A stretch of DNA of 64,000 nucleotides from the human T2T-CHM13v2.0 reference genome, Homo sapiens (GCF_009914755.1 NC_060928.1); one strand, 5' to 3'. Counted from the stretch's first letter, positions 1 to 19,908 are shown. Notes: generated by a model not told the origin, from the sequence alone. Translations and numbers: made by a program.

Positions 1-300
1 AGAACAATGAAGCAGGGCCGTGGAGACAGAGAGTGATGGGGAGAGGTGTGTGTGCTCCTTTAGACAGAGTGCTTGGGAAAGGCCTCTTAATGAAGAGTTA
101 TGTGAACACAGACCTGAAGGAGGCGGGGGAGTGAGCCATGTGGCTGTCTTGAGGAAATGCTTTCTAAGCAGAGGGAACCGCAAACGTAAAGACCCCAAGG
201 ACAAGCTTGCTGCGTGTGATTGAGGCACAGAGAGGAGGCCAGTGTGGCTGGAGATGAGGTTAGAGAGTTAGGGGAGGGTTGGACCGTGTGCAGGTCTACA
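1..300 (-). mobile_element. L2 LINE fragment
   Basis: Resembles antisense L2 3' region (gaaaggcctct...agacctgaagg...gaggccagtgtggctggag). Confidence 0.65.
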
Positions 301-357
301 GGTCTTTTTTTTTTTTTTTAACTAAAAACAAAACAACAACAACAACAAAAGTGAAAA

Positions 358-530
358 GAGTATTGAGCTTGGAGTCAGAAATCCTGGCTTCAAGTCCCTG
401 TTCCGTCACTGGCTAGCTGTGTAATAATCTCAAAAAATGCACTCTACTATTCTGAGCATCCATTTTCCCAACTGCAGAATGCCAGTGGCAAGGGAAGACT
501 GTAAATGCCGTAATACATGTGAAAGTTTTC
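358..530 (+). mobile_element. MIR fragment
   Basis: ttggagtcagaaatcctggcttcaagtccc...gctagctgtg MIR core. Confidence 0.6.
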
Positions 531-1211
531 ACAGCCTGGAAAATGCTCTCTCTCTGTAAGGGATTGCAACCACTGTGAAAGGATGCAAAATAACCTTTCA
601 TAGTTAGTGAACCAAAGCGCGAGTCAATAGAACTCCAAACTTCAATCTCTAGGACTTTTCATAAATGGAGAGACTACCAAAGGAAAATAATAAAGCAGCC
701 AAATGCATGATGACTCTTCGAGACTGCCCCGTTGCCAGTCTTTCCGGTTCTTTTTCTGTGATGAATTGTTCTGGAAGTATAGAGTTCAGTGACATTATTC
801 CCTTTTGCAGATGAGAGGAGTGGCTTTGATATCAAAGAGCAGGCCCAAGAACTGGGAGAAGAAAGATGGTTAAGTACATTCAATCATTCTGTAAGAGTGA
901 TTACTAGATTTAAATTGCGTTGGAACATATTTTGTTCAATTGTTTTAAAAGAATTTGATTTACCCTCAAATACGACCATCAGGAAAACAGGGTGGAAAAA
1001 ACATAAACACTGGAAAAAGACACTTAGCACACCTGCTAAAGAAGCCCATGTGATACTGGGATACAGAATCATAAACATTTTAATATTTGTGAACACCATG
1101 TTTTTCCATATTTACTTCATTTGACTTTGTTTCTGATAACTCTAACTTTGCTAGTGTCCTCACAATCCGACTCCCCATCTTCCATTTCACTTTTCTAAGA
1201 AGAGGTCTCAG

Positions 1212-1431
1212 CCAGCCTGGCCAACATGGTGAAACCCTGTCTTTATTAAAAATACAAAAATTAGCTGGGTGTGGTGGCAGGCGCATGTAATCTCAGCTAC
1301 TCGGGAGGCTGAGGCAGGAGAATCGCTTGAACTCAGGAGGCGGTGGTTACGGTGAGCCGAGATCACGCCGCTGCACTCCAGCCTGGGTGACAGAGTGAGA
1401 CTGTCTCAAAAAAATAAAATAAAATAAAAAA
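1212..1431 (+). mobile_element. Alu (5'-truncated, AluS-like)
   Basis: ccagcctggccaacatggtgaaaccc through to the A-tail. Confidence 0.9.
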
Positions 1432-1499
1432 GTGTACAGACTTAGAATTAAAGAGCAGAAGACAGAACTTCTCAGGTTTACAAAACAACAAAAATGACA

Positions 1500-1835
1500 A
1501 CAATATCAATAAAACCATCTTTCCCAATTCCATCCAGTAATATGTTATCTACAAGAGATGTATTTAAAACAAAAGGGTATAGAAAATTTGAAAATAAGGA
1601 ATTAAATACCACAAGTAAGGTAAACCAGAAGAAAGCTAGGGTAGCAACAGATAAAATAGAATTTAAGATGAGAAATGATCATGAGGGACACGGGGCACTT
1701 TAAATGTTGGTTAAAAGAACTGTAAATCAAGAATCATGAACAAATATGCACCTAAGATAGCCTTGGAACACATAAAGCAATAATACACAGAATGGTAAGC
1801 ATTTAAACATCTCCCAAAGAGACAGATAAATCAAG
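1500..1835 (+). mobile_element. Old L1 fragment (ORF2 5'/endonuclease region)
   Basis: ctacaagag...aaccagaagaaagctagggtagc...agataaaatagaatttaag resembles the L1 ORF2 start. Confidence 0.55.
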
Positions 1836-2619
1836 CAGGCTTTGGTGATGATCAAGCTGACCTGAGCTCATATCCCTTTTCCAGCACTTACTGGCTATGT
1901 GACTTCATTACGTTATTTAGGCTCTGCAAAGCTCAATATTTTCATGTGAATAACAGGAATGATAACATCAGCCTCCCATGACTGCCATAAGCTTTAAGCG
2001 AGATAATACATATACGTTATCTAGTACAATGTCTGGACAACAGTTGGTATTTTATAAATGATTTCAATAAAAATTATCCTTCAAACCCCTCACCCAACCC
2101 CACTCGATCACCAGCTATGTCCCTATTAGGCCTCTTTGATTTTGAATATAGGTTACATCCCGTATCCCTGGCTTTTCCACCATCAAAATTCTAGGGATAC
2201 AGCAGAAAGCTGAGACAGAGTCTAGAGCAACACAACATCTTTGTACAACTTGGGAGTGATACTCAACTAAAACGCACCCAGTAAGGGTGTCATGTTTTTT
2301 CTACCTACATCCACGCTGACTGATGAGCGCCTGTGCCACTTGTCACTATGTTGTCTCTCAGTTCCAATTTACATGGCCTTGTGATAACAGAGCCAGACCC
2401 TGGAAACATTTCTCATCAGCTGTAATCCCAGCTACTCAGGAGGCAGAATGTTAGGTTTCATCAATGAGGCACTGGAGTGACATCGAGAGGACATAGCTGC
2501 AGAAAGATCATCGCCTTCTAGGTTCTGGCCCTTTATTATTATTATTTAGCCTGAGAGCCTAACAACCCATGTGAACAAAGTTTCTGCTGCACTCTCACAC
2601 CTTGCTCTTCCTACTGTGA

Positions 2620-2921
<302 letters not shown>

Positions 2922-3889
2922 TGACTTTTAAGCAGCTCTGGTCTGCTCACCCCCTCTGACAATGGAGGGCTGCTTCTAGAGACCAGCTCTAGTCTATGCG
3001 GCCAGTTTCTCCCAGTGACAGGTGTGTGTTCTTATAGTAGCCAAACTCTCTTAAAGAGATCTCCTAAGTCCTAAATTCCTCCTCTGTCTCCTCTTGTCAG
3101 CCTACGGGTAGAAGCTTCTTTTTATTGCGCTGGCTACTTTTGAACCCCTTAGAGGCCTCTCTTACTCATTTTGGTAGTTAATCACCTTCTACTAGTAAAC
3201 AATTTTTTATATTAAAGTTTCCCTATTCAAATAACTGGTGTGGCTTCCTTCTCCTTGCTGGAGATGGATCTGATATGTTTCTCCACTAAACTGCAACCGT
3301 TATCAATGATAAGTTACTGTGAGTATTCCTTAAAATAACTACCTCCCTTGCCCACTAAAGAAGAATCATTGACAGCTCAGTTTGGTAGATCTTTTGTGAC
3401 CAGAGAGAATAAGGAGAATAGGTAGAAATAGACAAGATCTGAGAAGTGAGAAGAAAGGGAAGGAGACTTAACAGAAGAAGCCAAGTTGATCCGTATGTTG
3501 AAGAGCTAGCGGAGAGGGAGAAAGATGGAAGGATGAAGAAAAACATCATGGCAGAGTGTGGGAGGGAATTTAGATTTTAGAAATTCGGTGGGGCTTATGA
3601 ATTGCATTAATATTTCTATTTATGTTCTTGACGAGATATGAGTAAAGATTGAAATTTGGGTTTTATTACTTTTGGTTGCAGGAATATGCTTCCTTATGTG
3701 TGCCTCTTTGCAAAGACTTGGCCACAGAAGCACTTGGCTTTTACTAGATTTTTACTGATTTCTCTTTCATGTTAGGGAAACATCTAATTTGTCTGTGCTT
3801 TTGTTTTCTGATTTCCAAGCTCTAATACTATGACTGCAGTCTCCTGTAAAGACATCTAGCAGGTTCTAGGCAATGTTAAAAAGTCTTCA

Positions 3890-4225
<336 letters not shown>

Positions 4226-4534
4226 CTAAAGAGGCACTCAAGTCCTACAAGTGCTTTCTTATTTGGCTCTGGAAAACCCTTTCCTTCTGACTAAATTGAT
4301 TTCAAAAAATAAAAAGACAGAGTAGGTATTCAACTGGACATGGCACAGTATAGAGCACCAGCTTTAATCATTGTGTGTGTGTGTGATGTGTGTTCTCAAA
4401 AAGAGACACTAGACAGATAAACCAGAAATTAATAGAAATTATTATCTATAGGGGTAGAAGGGATGAGAAGAGAGAACAAGGATGGAAGTGAGCATTATAC
4501 AAATTTAAATTAAATGAAAAAGAGCAGCAGATAT

Positions 4535-4730
4535 CGAGTCATATAGACATGGGTTTGAATTTCAGTTCTGCAGCTAACCACCGTCTGACCTTGGAAAATT
4601 ACTCTCTTGGCCTCAGTTCCATTAATAAACTGCACAGGGTTGTTGGGAATATAAAATGAGATGACGCCTCCTGAAACACTTAGTCCAGTGCCTGGTAAAT
4701 AATAAGTAACTGGTAGATGATAGCTATACT
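4535..4730 (+). mobile_element. MIR
   Basis: agacatgggtttgaatttcagttctgc...gcctcagtt...gtgcctggtaaataataagt. Confidence 0.65.
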
Positions 4731-4732
4731 TA

Positions 4733-5089
<357 letters not shown>

Positions 5090-5262
5090 GATTATTAAGC
5101 ATTGCAGCTACATCCTTTATATATTTTTTGTCCCTGTTTGTTTTTCTGGAATTTTTAAGAAGAGAATCCTTAAAAGAATAAAGATGTATATTTGTGTTTG
5201 GGAGCAGCTAGAATGAGATCTTACTCTGTCGCCATTTTGGAGCAGGAATAAGAACTCAAGGG

Positions 5263-5567
5263 GGCCAGGCGCAGTGGCTCACACCTGTAATCCCAGCACT
5301 TTGGGAGGCCAGGTGGGCTGATCACTTAAGATCAGGAGTTTGAGACCAGCCTGGCCAACATGGTGAAACTCATCTCTACTAAATATACAAAAATTAGCTG
5401 GGCGTGGTGGCGGGTGCCTATAGACCCAGCTACTTGGGAGGCTGAGGCAGGAGAACTGTTTGAACCTGGTTGCAATGAGTCGAGATCGCGCCACTGCACT
5501 CCAGCTTGGGCAACAGGGCAAGACTGTCTCAAAAAACAAATGAAAACAAAAAACAAACAAATGGAAA
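5263..5567 (+). mobile_element. Alu
   Basis: Dimer with small deletions; TSD aagaactc(a/c)aggg. Confidence 0.9.
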
Positions 5568-5695
5568 AGAACTCCAGGGAACTGAGTGAGTGGGAGCAGC
5601 TTTAGAGAGGAAACGGAAATCGGATGAGTCCCTAGGGTTTGTTGCAAAGAAGGAAAGGGGAGCCCAGGGCCCAGCCATAGAAAATAGGAACATAG

Positions 5696-6144
<449 letters not shown>

Positions 6145-6425
6145 TCACAAATCCCAGGGTTGCCTTCCTTTTTCCAATCAGGAAACAGCTCTCAAACTCC
6201 CTCTCTCTTTCAATCAGTACTTCATTGTTTTTGGAACTATGGAAGCCTCAGTGCCAATTTTATAATCCACGCCAGACTTTTAGCCTCTAATGTCTCTTTT
6301 TAAAGGGAACCAAAGCCCCTTTTCTCCTCGATATTTCAAAGCCCAAGCGAATCCATCTGCTTCCAAGCACTCTGCCACTTGGCTACCTGTGTGATCCTGG
6401 TTAAGTTCCTAAACCTCTGACCTGA

Positions 6426-6832
<407 letters not shown>

Positions 6833-8516
6833 GACAGGTGGTTTTTCAAATGTGTTTCCCAGCATATGCTCTGTTGGGAATTTTAAAGAAAAATCTTCCA
6901 TGGTGTGGATTCTTACATCTTCTGCCTTAGTAAGATTCACAATCAAGGTGAGTACTGGCCTCTAAAACTCCTCAGCTTTTCCTGTTACAGGTGAGGAATG
7001 GTGCTGGTATCAGCCAGAAATCTGTTGGATGCTGGCCAGCAATGGCAGAGGGGTATTTACTGAAAGGTTGATCACAGAGTAAGTAAGAAGGCATGAGAGG
7101 CAGGCTCAGAAGCTAGTAGACACAATGCAGCCAGGATGCTGCCACCATGGCCAACTGTGGCCACCATCCTTGGACACTGATCTTAATGCTTGACCACTTC
7201 AGCTGCCACCATGGATTCAATATCACTATGTCTATGACTTTGCATGGTGCAAAGTCCTGGGTGGTGGTCTCCTGAGACCTGTGTGATCTCTTTGGCAGCC
7301 ATGGACAAGAAGGGCAAGAATTTCTGCCTTTTAGCTTCTGTGCTATGCATGCGCTGGCTAACAAGCAGAAGATGAGGCATCATTACACTGGGTTCCCGAA
7401 CTTCTGGTTAACTCTTGAGATCCTGGTGCCAGAAGAATACTGTCACTCACAGTGGGAGATTCCTCAAAATTAAGAAGGGGGATTTAGATCCTAGGTAGCA
7501 AGGAAAAAAAAATCCCATGATTGTGCCAGAAACTTGGATTGTGCTTACAATCCCCGTGAGTTTTTCCAGTCGAGCCCTCTTGCTTTGCCCTCTCCAGTGT
7601 CTCTCCTGTGGGGGTAGGGCCTGTCCAAGTCCCGTCATGCTTCAGTACCTAAGCAGGTGCATTCGCTCCCTTCCTGTGCCTGGAGTCCTGCCATCCATTG
7701 CTCAACTCCAATCTCTTGTTGTTTTAACATTTGGCCTTCATCCCCAGGGCTTCTCCTGGCTGCAGTTCTTGGAGTCAAGTTTCCTTTCATGAAGCTGCAG
7801 TTTGCCAGCTAAGCCAATCACAGATCTTGGGACTTGGATAGAAATGACCCTCTCCCCACCCCCATTTTCTTGACTCTTCCCTCTAAGGGTCTTCTCTGAA
7901 ATCCCTAGATATGAAAAGAGTGATACATTGAGGCTAACAGGCCCAGATTTGTTAACTGTGGATGTGGGCAAGTAATCTGACCTTAGGAGCCTCGGATTCC
8001 TCCCCTGGGAAGAGAAAGGAAATCTTTTGACTACAAAGATTTCTTGAGCTGCTGAAGCACAGTGATCATGATTCTAACCAGAGTGTCTTTTTTCTAAAAC
8101 TCTACTTCTTGGGTTCTGGACTTCTCTGGCTCTCCTGCTTCTGATTCTGGTCTGCAGTATTTCTATCCTCTGTCCATTTTGACATATTAGTTAGAAAGCC
8201 ACAATAAAAATGGAAATTTTCTATTTTTCGCTCTACCCAGAGTCCTCCCACTCGTTATGCATGCATTGCCCTGAATCACTCAGCTTTAGGAGTCTGACTT
8301 CTCTGGGGTCACAGGAGCACTGTAGAGGGGCCGGGCTTTCAGCATTTGATCTTACCATACTGTATGGGGGTCAAATGTCCTTGTCATTTGCGCAGTAAAA
8401 CTCAGATGATCCTGGTTACATTATATTCCTTTTTGACAATATGGACTGCAACTTTAGAATCATATCTTTGCTCCTTGGTTTTACTCTGAAGGAGGAAAAA
8501 AGCCATACAAAGCAAT

Positions 8517-9710
<1,194 letters not shown>

Positions 9711-10332
9711 TCTTTTGGGTTTTCCTTAAAAATGATGGCAGTCATAAAAACAGCTACCATTTACTCACAACTTGCTATATATCAGGCCATATGTTGGATG
9801 CTGGATCTATGTTATCTCATGTAACCCTCACAATAAACATAAGAGGTAGGTACCAAAACTGAGGCCTATAGAAACCAAGTGATCTTTTTCTCAGGAACCC
9901 TGTCTGGCAGGTCCTCTGATGGGCTTGGTTCACTCTTCCTAAAGGCCCCTCAGCTTCTGCAGCTTCCTCATTTCCAGGGGTAGAGGAATCTCTGCTGCCT
10001 TTTGAATTTCCTTCTTCCTATAAAGCTCCAAGTTTCCCAAAGTTAACCAAGCTTCAGTAGCCTTGCTGAGAAGAATTGCACAGACACCCTGTAGAGCCAA
10101 AGACTTCTTGCCCCCATAATGTTCTGGTTCTCACAGAAGCCACAAAGCTAGGAATGGTCCTGAAGGAACACAGGTTCATGAGCCCCTTTGACCATATGCA
10201 TATGCTGGACTCCACAAAGAATGGCTGTAATAGCATCTCTGGGCCTTCTTGGGGTTAGGAGAACAGGACGGTGACCTAGAAGAGATTTGTAGGTCTCTGA
10301 CTTCATCGCTTCACCTTTGGCACAATTAAGCT

Positions 10333-10649
10333 TTCTTTTTTCTTCTTCTTCTTCTTTTTTTTTTTTTTTGAAATGGAGTCCCGCACTGTCACCCAGGCTG
10401 GTGCAGTGGCACGATCTCGGCTCACTACAACCTCCACCTCCCAGGTTCAAGCGATTCTCCTTGCCTCAGCCTCCTAAATGGCTGGGATTTCAGGCGCCCA
10501 CCACCACACCTGGCTTATTTTTTTGTATTTTTAGCAGAGATGGGGTTTCACTCTGTTGGCCAGGCTGGTCTCGAACTCCTGACCTCGTGATCTGCCCACC
10601 TCAGCCTCCCAAAGTGCTGGGATTACAGACGTGAGCACCGCTCCTGGCC
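10333..10649 (-). mobile_element. Alu
   Basis: Full dimer; TSD cacaattaa(g/a)ctttctt. Confidence 0.92.
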
Positions 10650-10803
10650 ACAATTAAACTTTCTTATTCCAATCCCCAAGAATGGTTACACGCTCTGTCT
10701 CTCTCATACTGCTCAAAACATTTTCCATTTCAATTTAAACCAAGCTTTCCTTATTCTACCCTGTCAAAACCAGGAATAATTAATTATGATATTCAAAATA
10801 TTA

Positions 10804-11262
<459 letters not shown>

Positions 11263-12408
11263 CTAGGTTTGGAGTGAAAGAAAGGATTTTTCTGAATCTC
11301 TTTAGCTCCCAGTTGGTCCGGATCATACAGTTTCTCCCACAGGAGAGAGAAGGTAACAGTTTATGATTTAGGTTTAGCCTGGAGTCTGACTACAGGAATA
11401 AGGAAGTTATAAGGTGGAGGAAGTAAATGAACTGATTGCCTCTTCTTGTCCTGGGGGATTGTCAGAGGAGGAGGCCATGAACAGATGCCAGGTTAGGAGG
11501 GAGGTGTGAGATGTGTGCTCTGACATCCCTGTGAAAGGCGTGTTGACAAGCTGAGAGGCACACGGAAGACATGGCTCTTCCTCAGTCCTTGTTTAGAACT
11601 GTGGGAGGAGAGTCCTTTACTCTGGGACTTAAAGCAAGGATGGGGTGAGCAGTCCAAATGGAGCAAAAGGCAGGTCACATGTCAGACAGTGAGAGGGCCT
11701 ACTCTACAGCCCCATTGGAGAGCCTGCAAGTTAGGCCTGATGACCGCAGTCCAGGATGGCAGAGGGAGGGGGTGCAGAGCTCTGATGGGGCCACTGCTCC
11801 AGAAGGAGTTGGGGCGAGGTGAGGACACAGGGGGAAAATAAGAGGGAACCCAGGCAGGTGCTATGCCAGCTGAAGGCTCCAGTCATGGGCGCCAGCTGAA
11901 CCCATAGGGTTCAGGACCTGCACAAAGCCAAGGTGCCTTCTTCCCCTTGATGATGCCATGAGCCATAGGTTCACACACCTTCTGATGAGGGATGGGGGAG
12001 GAGGCAGCAGAAACCAGAGACCCTAAGCAGGACCCAAAGGGACCAATTAAACTGTTGATTTGAACTAAGGTTTAAGCTGAACTGGGCATTTAGCTCTATT
12101 TCTTCTCTTTACCTAGCAAATAACAAATGAGATGACAACACAAAATATTTTCCCTGCACATCCAAGCTGTATGGTGAGCATATTTAAGTCTGCCACTGTG
12201 TATTTCAATAAAAGAAAATTAGCTGTTCTATCAGGCCCAGTGGTTTCAGGTCTTTTAACTTTTCTTCTTATTTTACCTTCTTGGTTCGAATTGCTAACCT
12301 CTATGTAGTTTCTGAATGTTCATATCCCTCTGAAATACCAGAGTATGTTCTCTTCTTCTCCCTCCTCCTCAACATCAGCAACAACAAAAAGAAGCAGGAA
12401 AGTGTCGC

Positions 12409-13087
<679 letters not shown>

Positions 13088-13159
13088 CTCACCTTTCTTT
13101 GTTTTTGCTCAGGTAACAGAATTGTGCCAGTGAGTGCCGCCATGGCTAAACAGAGCCAC

Positions 13160-13308
13160 ACCTGGGCAACATGGTGTCTCTACCAAAAATACAAAACTTA
13201 GCCGGGCGTGATGGCATGTGTCCGCAGTTCCAGCTACTCAGGAGGCTGAGGTGGGAGGATCGCTTGAGCCTGGCAGGTCAAGGCTGCAGTGAGCCACCGC
13301 GCCTGGCC
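13160..13308 (+). mobile_element. Alu fragment fused to the 5' tip of an opposite-strand Alu
   Basis: Sense Alu up to gcagtgagcc, then accgcgcctggcc (antisense Alu 5' end). Confidence 0.8.
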
Positions 13309-13737
13309 TTTTTATGTATTTTTTTTTTGAGGGGTAGGCATGAAATTAGCAGCACAAAATGAGAGACGGTATAAAAACTGAAACGTGATCCCCGAAAGTT
13401 TATCACAGTACAAGCTGAGAAGAGAAAACGTCAGGAAGTTTGTCATTTAGCAGAGTCCTTCCAGCTGCAAGGGCGACAGAAACTCTGTGACTTGTCAGCC
13501 AAAGGCCTGGGGTCTTGCGAATGTTCCTAATGAGCGGTGCTTTCTACCAGCTGGAAACCAGCTGCTTAACTGACATCTGGAAATGACTAATGGAAATTAG
13601 GGGAGGCCCCAAAAGAAATCAGGCTCTGGGAAAACACGGATTATAGAAACCCTACACATTTCTAGGATTATTATATTCTAGAAATACATAGAATACATAT
13701 ATACATATAATACATTGTATGTATTTCATATGTGTAT

Positions 13738-13988
13738 GTATATGTATGTACATATATGTACACGTATATGTATGTACATATATGTACACGTATATGTATG
13801 TACATATATGCACACGTATATGTATGTACATATATGCACACGTATATGTATGTACATATATGTACACGTATATGTATTACATATATGTACACGTATATGT
13901 ATGTACATATATGTACACGTATATGTATGTACATATATGTACACGTATATGTATGTACATATATGTACACGTATATGTATTACATATA
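13738..13988. repeat. Minisatellite, 26-bp unit GTATATGTATGTACATATATGTACAC, ~9.5 copies
   Basis: CACG recurs at 13761, 13787, 13813, 13839, 13865, 13890, 13916, 13942 and 13968. Confidence 0.95.
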
Positions 13989-14003
13989 ATCCTGGGTTTT
14001 ACT

Positions 14004-14342
14004 GTTTATTTATTTATTTTTTAGTTTCAGTTTTTTGAGACAACATCTCTCCCTGTCACCCAGGCTAGAGTACAGTGGTGCAATCTTGGCTCACTGCAGC
14101 CTCCGCCTTAGGGGTTCAAGGGACTCTGGTGCCTCAGTCTTCCAAGTAGCTGGGAATACAGGTGCGCACCAGCACGCCTGGGTAATTTTTGTACAAATTT
14201 TTAGTAGAGATGGGGTTTTGCCATGTTGGCCAGGCTGGTCTGGAACTCCTGGCCTCAAGTGATCTGCCACCTGGCCTCAAGTGATCTGCCCACCTCAGCC
14301 TCTCAAAGAGCTGGGATTACAGGCATGAGGCACCACACCTGG
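14004..14342 (-). mobile_element. Alu with an internal 22-bp tandem duplication
   Basis: TSD tgggttttact; duplicated cctggcctcaagtgatctgcc. Confidence 0.9.
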
Positions 14343-15306
14343 TGGGTTTTACTCTTTTTTAAAACAATGGTTTCTTAAAATGTAAATCAGTTGACCCAAG
14401 CTATTCAGGGAATGAGCCAGATTGCTCATCACTTGGATTGCTCAGCATCCTGCCTCAGGGACCCAGGTGTGGGGAAAGGTTTTCCCTCTGCTTGTGTTCA
14501 AGGTACTCAATCCTTATCCCATGATATGCCTGAGTTCAGGATTAGGACAGCCCAAAATATTAAGCAAGGCTAAGAACATCGATAGGGTTCCACCTGCCTT
14601 CAAACTACCCCTCCATCCCCTCCAACCAGGAAACACAAGCATTGACTTCATCCACCCATCTCTCTCTCTTACTTTATGATAATAATGCACAGGGCCTCAT
14701 TTGGAGGAAAAAGTTTTTGCCTCATTCAACCAGAGTCCAGAGAGGAATTTTCTTCTGAAAGTGGAGATCCGTCTTATCTCCCCCACCTCTTGCCTTGGGG
14801 TTAGAATACCAGGAGACGGTGCTGGGACCCTGAGCAAGTGGTGGCATACCTGTCATGACCTTAGCCCTGCTCTAGGCCGTTCGCAACACACCCAGGTCCT
14901 GCTGCCCAGCACCCCTGCCTCCTTTCTAATCCTGTGTTTAGAGAAACACTCCAGTTTGCTCCTTGTCCCACAGCCTCAGAACTCAGTTCAAGGGGAGGGA
15001 GTGAACAAGCCTTCTCAGTTGTCAAAGGCCTTTGCTATCTGAGCATTGCAACAGCAAAAGCAAATGGCCTAATCCCTTACTTAGATAGGCAGGGCCAGAG
15101 CTAAGGCAAAGAATCTTGTTTGTCGTAGAATAATAGAATGCAGAACCAGTAGATGTCTCCTGGATCATCTGGCCCACAGTGCACAAATGAGGAAACTAAG
15201 ACGCAGAAAGATGAAATAACTTGCCCAAGGTCACGCAGGCCCAGTATAAATAACACCAGTCGCCCCAACTTATTAAGCTCCTACTGTGTTACCTGCTATA
15301 GGGTAA

Positions 15307-15828
<522 letters not shown>

Positions 15829-17049
15829 TGAGACCCTGTTTTGTTGGTGGGTTTGTCAGAATGCTGGATTTTCCACATCTAAGACATGGCATGACATGAT
15901 TGGCAGGTTGCAAGCGCTGCTGTTTCGTAAGAGACCAGTACAACAGGGAGAAGAAACTACCTGGCCTCCTCAGAACGAAAGAATTATAGCTCTCAGCTCA
16001 GCTTTCCATAGACCTCTCCAAAAAGGCTGTGAAATGTTGACAAACGAGTTAAAGTTGGATCAAGTGCCAGCCACTGTGCACTTACTTCCTGATTAGTTGT
16101 ATCCATGGCCCTTGTCGCTGAGGACACAGAAAGCAAAGAGAATGTTAGCTTTCTCATATGGTGGTGTGAAATCAGAGGTTCCTCACAGCCCTGGGAGTTG
16201 GGGCCGAGCTGGGTTTGTGTCTCTTCTTGCCCCATCCCTCTCCTGCTGCTTGGTGTCTTTTCCTTCCTTCATGTCCCAGCCGTCCCCTGCAAGGCCCTAC
16301 TCCACACCAGAACCTCTGCCCTAGTCCTCCTTCCCTCTGTCCCGTAAACACTACCTGTCCCATGTGCCTTTCCTCTGGGGCCCTGTTCTCTGTCCTCCGG
16401 GCTGACTGATAAGCTGATCCATGTGACGTGCTCAAGGGAAACTTGCTCCACTTAGGTAACACATTTGAGATTTAAAAGGTGGAGTTGTCAAGTTTCTGAG
16501 TCATCTGTCAGGGATACATCTGGGGAGCCAGGAAGGCCTTGGAGGGGCCATACAATCACAGGCTGAGTCACTCATTTCTAGGGTTGTCACAAGCTTGATA
16601 CTCTGCTCGCCCTGTTCCCATACTGCTGGAGAAAAGGTTTCCAGTGCTCTGTCCATGCGAAGTATATAGTAAGCGAAACTTCTGTGCATCTGTTTCCTCA
16701 CACAAATGCCACACTTAATGAGGGACGTGGTAACTCTCAACTGTACCCTGGGTCACTCCCAATTATCTTTCTGTGTATTAAAGCTGTGCTTAAAGCTATA
16801 GCAAAATAAGATTATTCTGGTAATTTTGAACCCTTATTATGGATCAGTCTCTACATATTGATCTCTAATCTTTATCACAACCTCAAGAGGTTAATATTAT
16901 CACCTATTTTATTGATAAAGAAACTGAGATTCAGTGACTGGCCCAGATTATCTTAAGAAGAAAGTCTGAGAAAGGTCTGTCTGACCCCGTGGTCCTTGCT
17001 CTTCCTTTTGTGCAAGGACGTGTCACTTAGCTCAAAGTATGCCTATAGC

Positions 17050-17220
17050 CCAGGCTGGAGCTGGCTTTTGCTGGTTCCTGAGAGCTGATTGTGAAATTTT
17101 CAGAAATTAGACAAGCCAATGGTTAAACACAGCCATTACTGAAAGTAAAATACATAAACCTTACGATGTTAGTTATGGGCTTGTAAATACAAGAAAAATA
17201 GAAATAAAAAATATATATAA
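17050..17220. mobile_element. hAT DNA transposon remnant (MER63-like)
   Basis: gattgtgaaattttcagaaatt...ggttaaacacagccattact matches the remembered MER63 consensus. Confidence 0.5.
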
Positions 17221-17221
17221 A

Positions 17222-19484
<2,263 letters not shown>

Positions 19485-19908
19485 CCCTCCTGCTTCTCTG
19501 ACTGTGGCTTCTCAGATACATGCATGGCTCCTCTTTTTCTAACTGCCCTCTAATTGTTGATGTTCCTCAAAGTTCTATTTGCATCCTGCCTCCTTTGTCA
19601 TTGTGCATGTTCTTCCTGTCTGATCTTCTTTATCTCATGTTCTTGGCTGCCAAATGTATGTATATCAAGTATTGGTTTCTGAAAGAATCCTGGTAAATAG
19701 CACTTGTTTTCCCCTTCCATATTCTGAATAATCTGAGAAATGAAACAAATAACTAAAATGGGTGCTAAAACCACACAAAAATCAGATGTAATTTTATATA
19801 CTAGAAATAATCCAAAAATGAAATTAACAATTCCATTTACAATAGCATCAAAAAGAATAAAATACTTTGGAATAAATTTAACTAAGATATAGGAGACTTG
19901 TACACTGA

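Noticed and set aside
11400-12200. Possible ancient LTR-like segment (similar doubts at ~2100-3270 and ~6990-7440)
   Set aside because: Only vague resemblance; family and ends cannot be supported without a Dfam search.
13652-14038. Six overlapping Y/I/H/V/C/M-rich ORFs, and a superficial CRISPR-like periodicity
   Set aside because: These are translations of the 26-bp minisatellite. There are no unique spacers or cas genes, and the DNA is primate.
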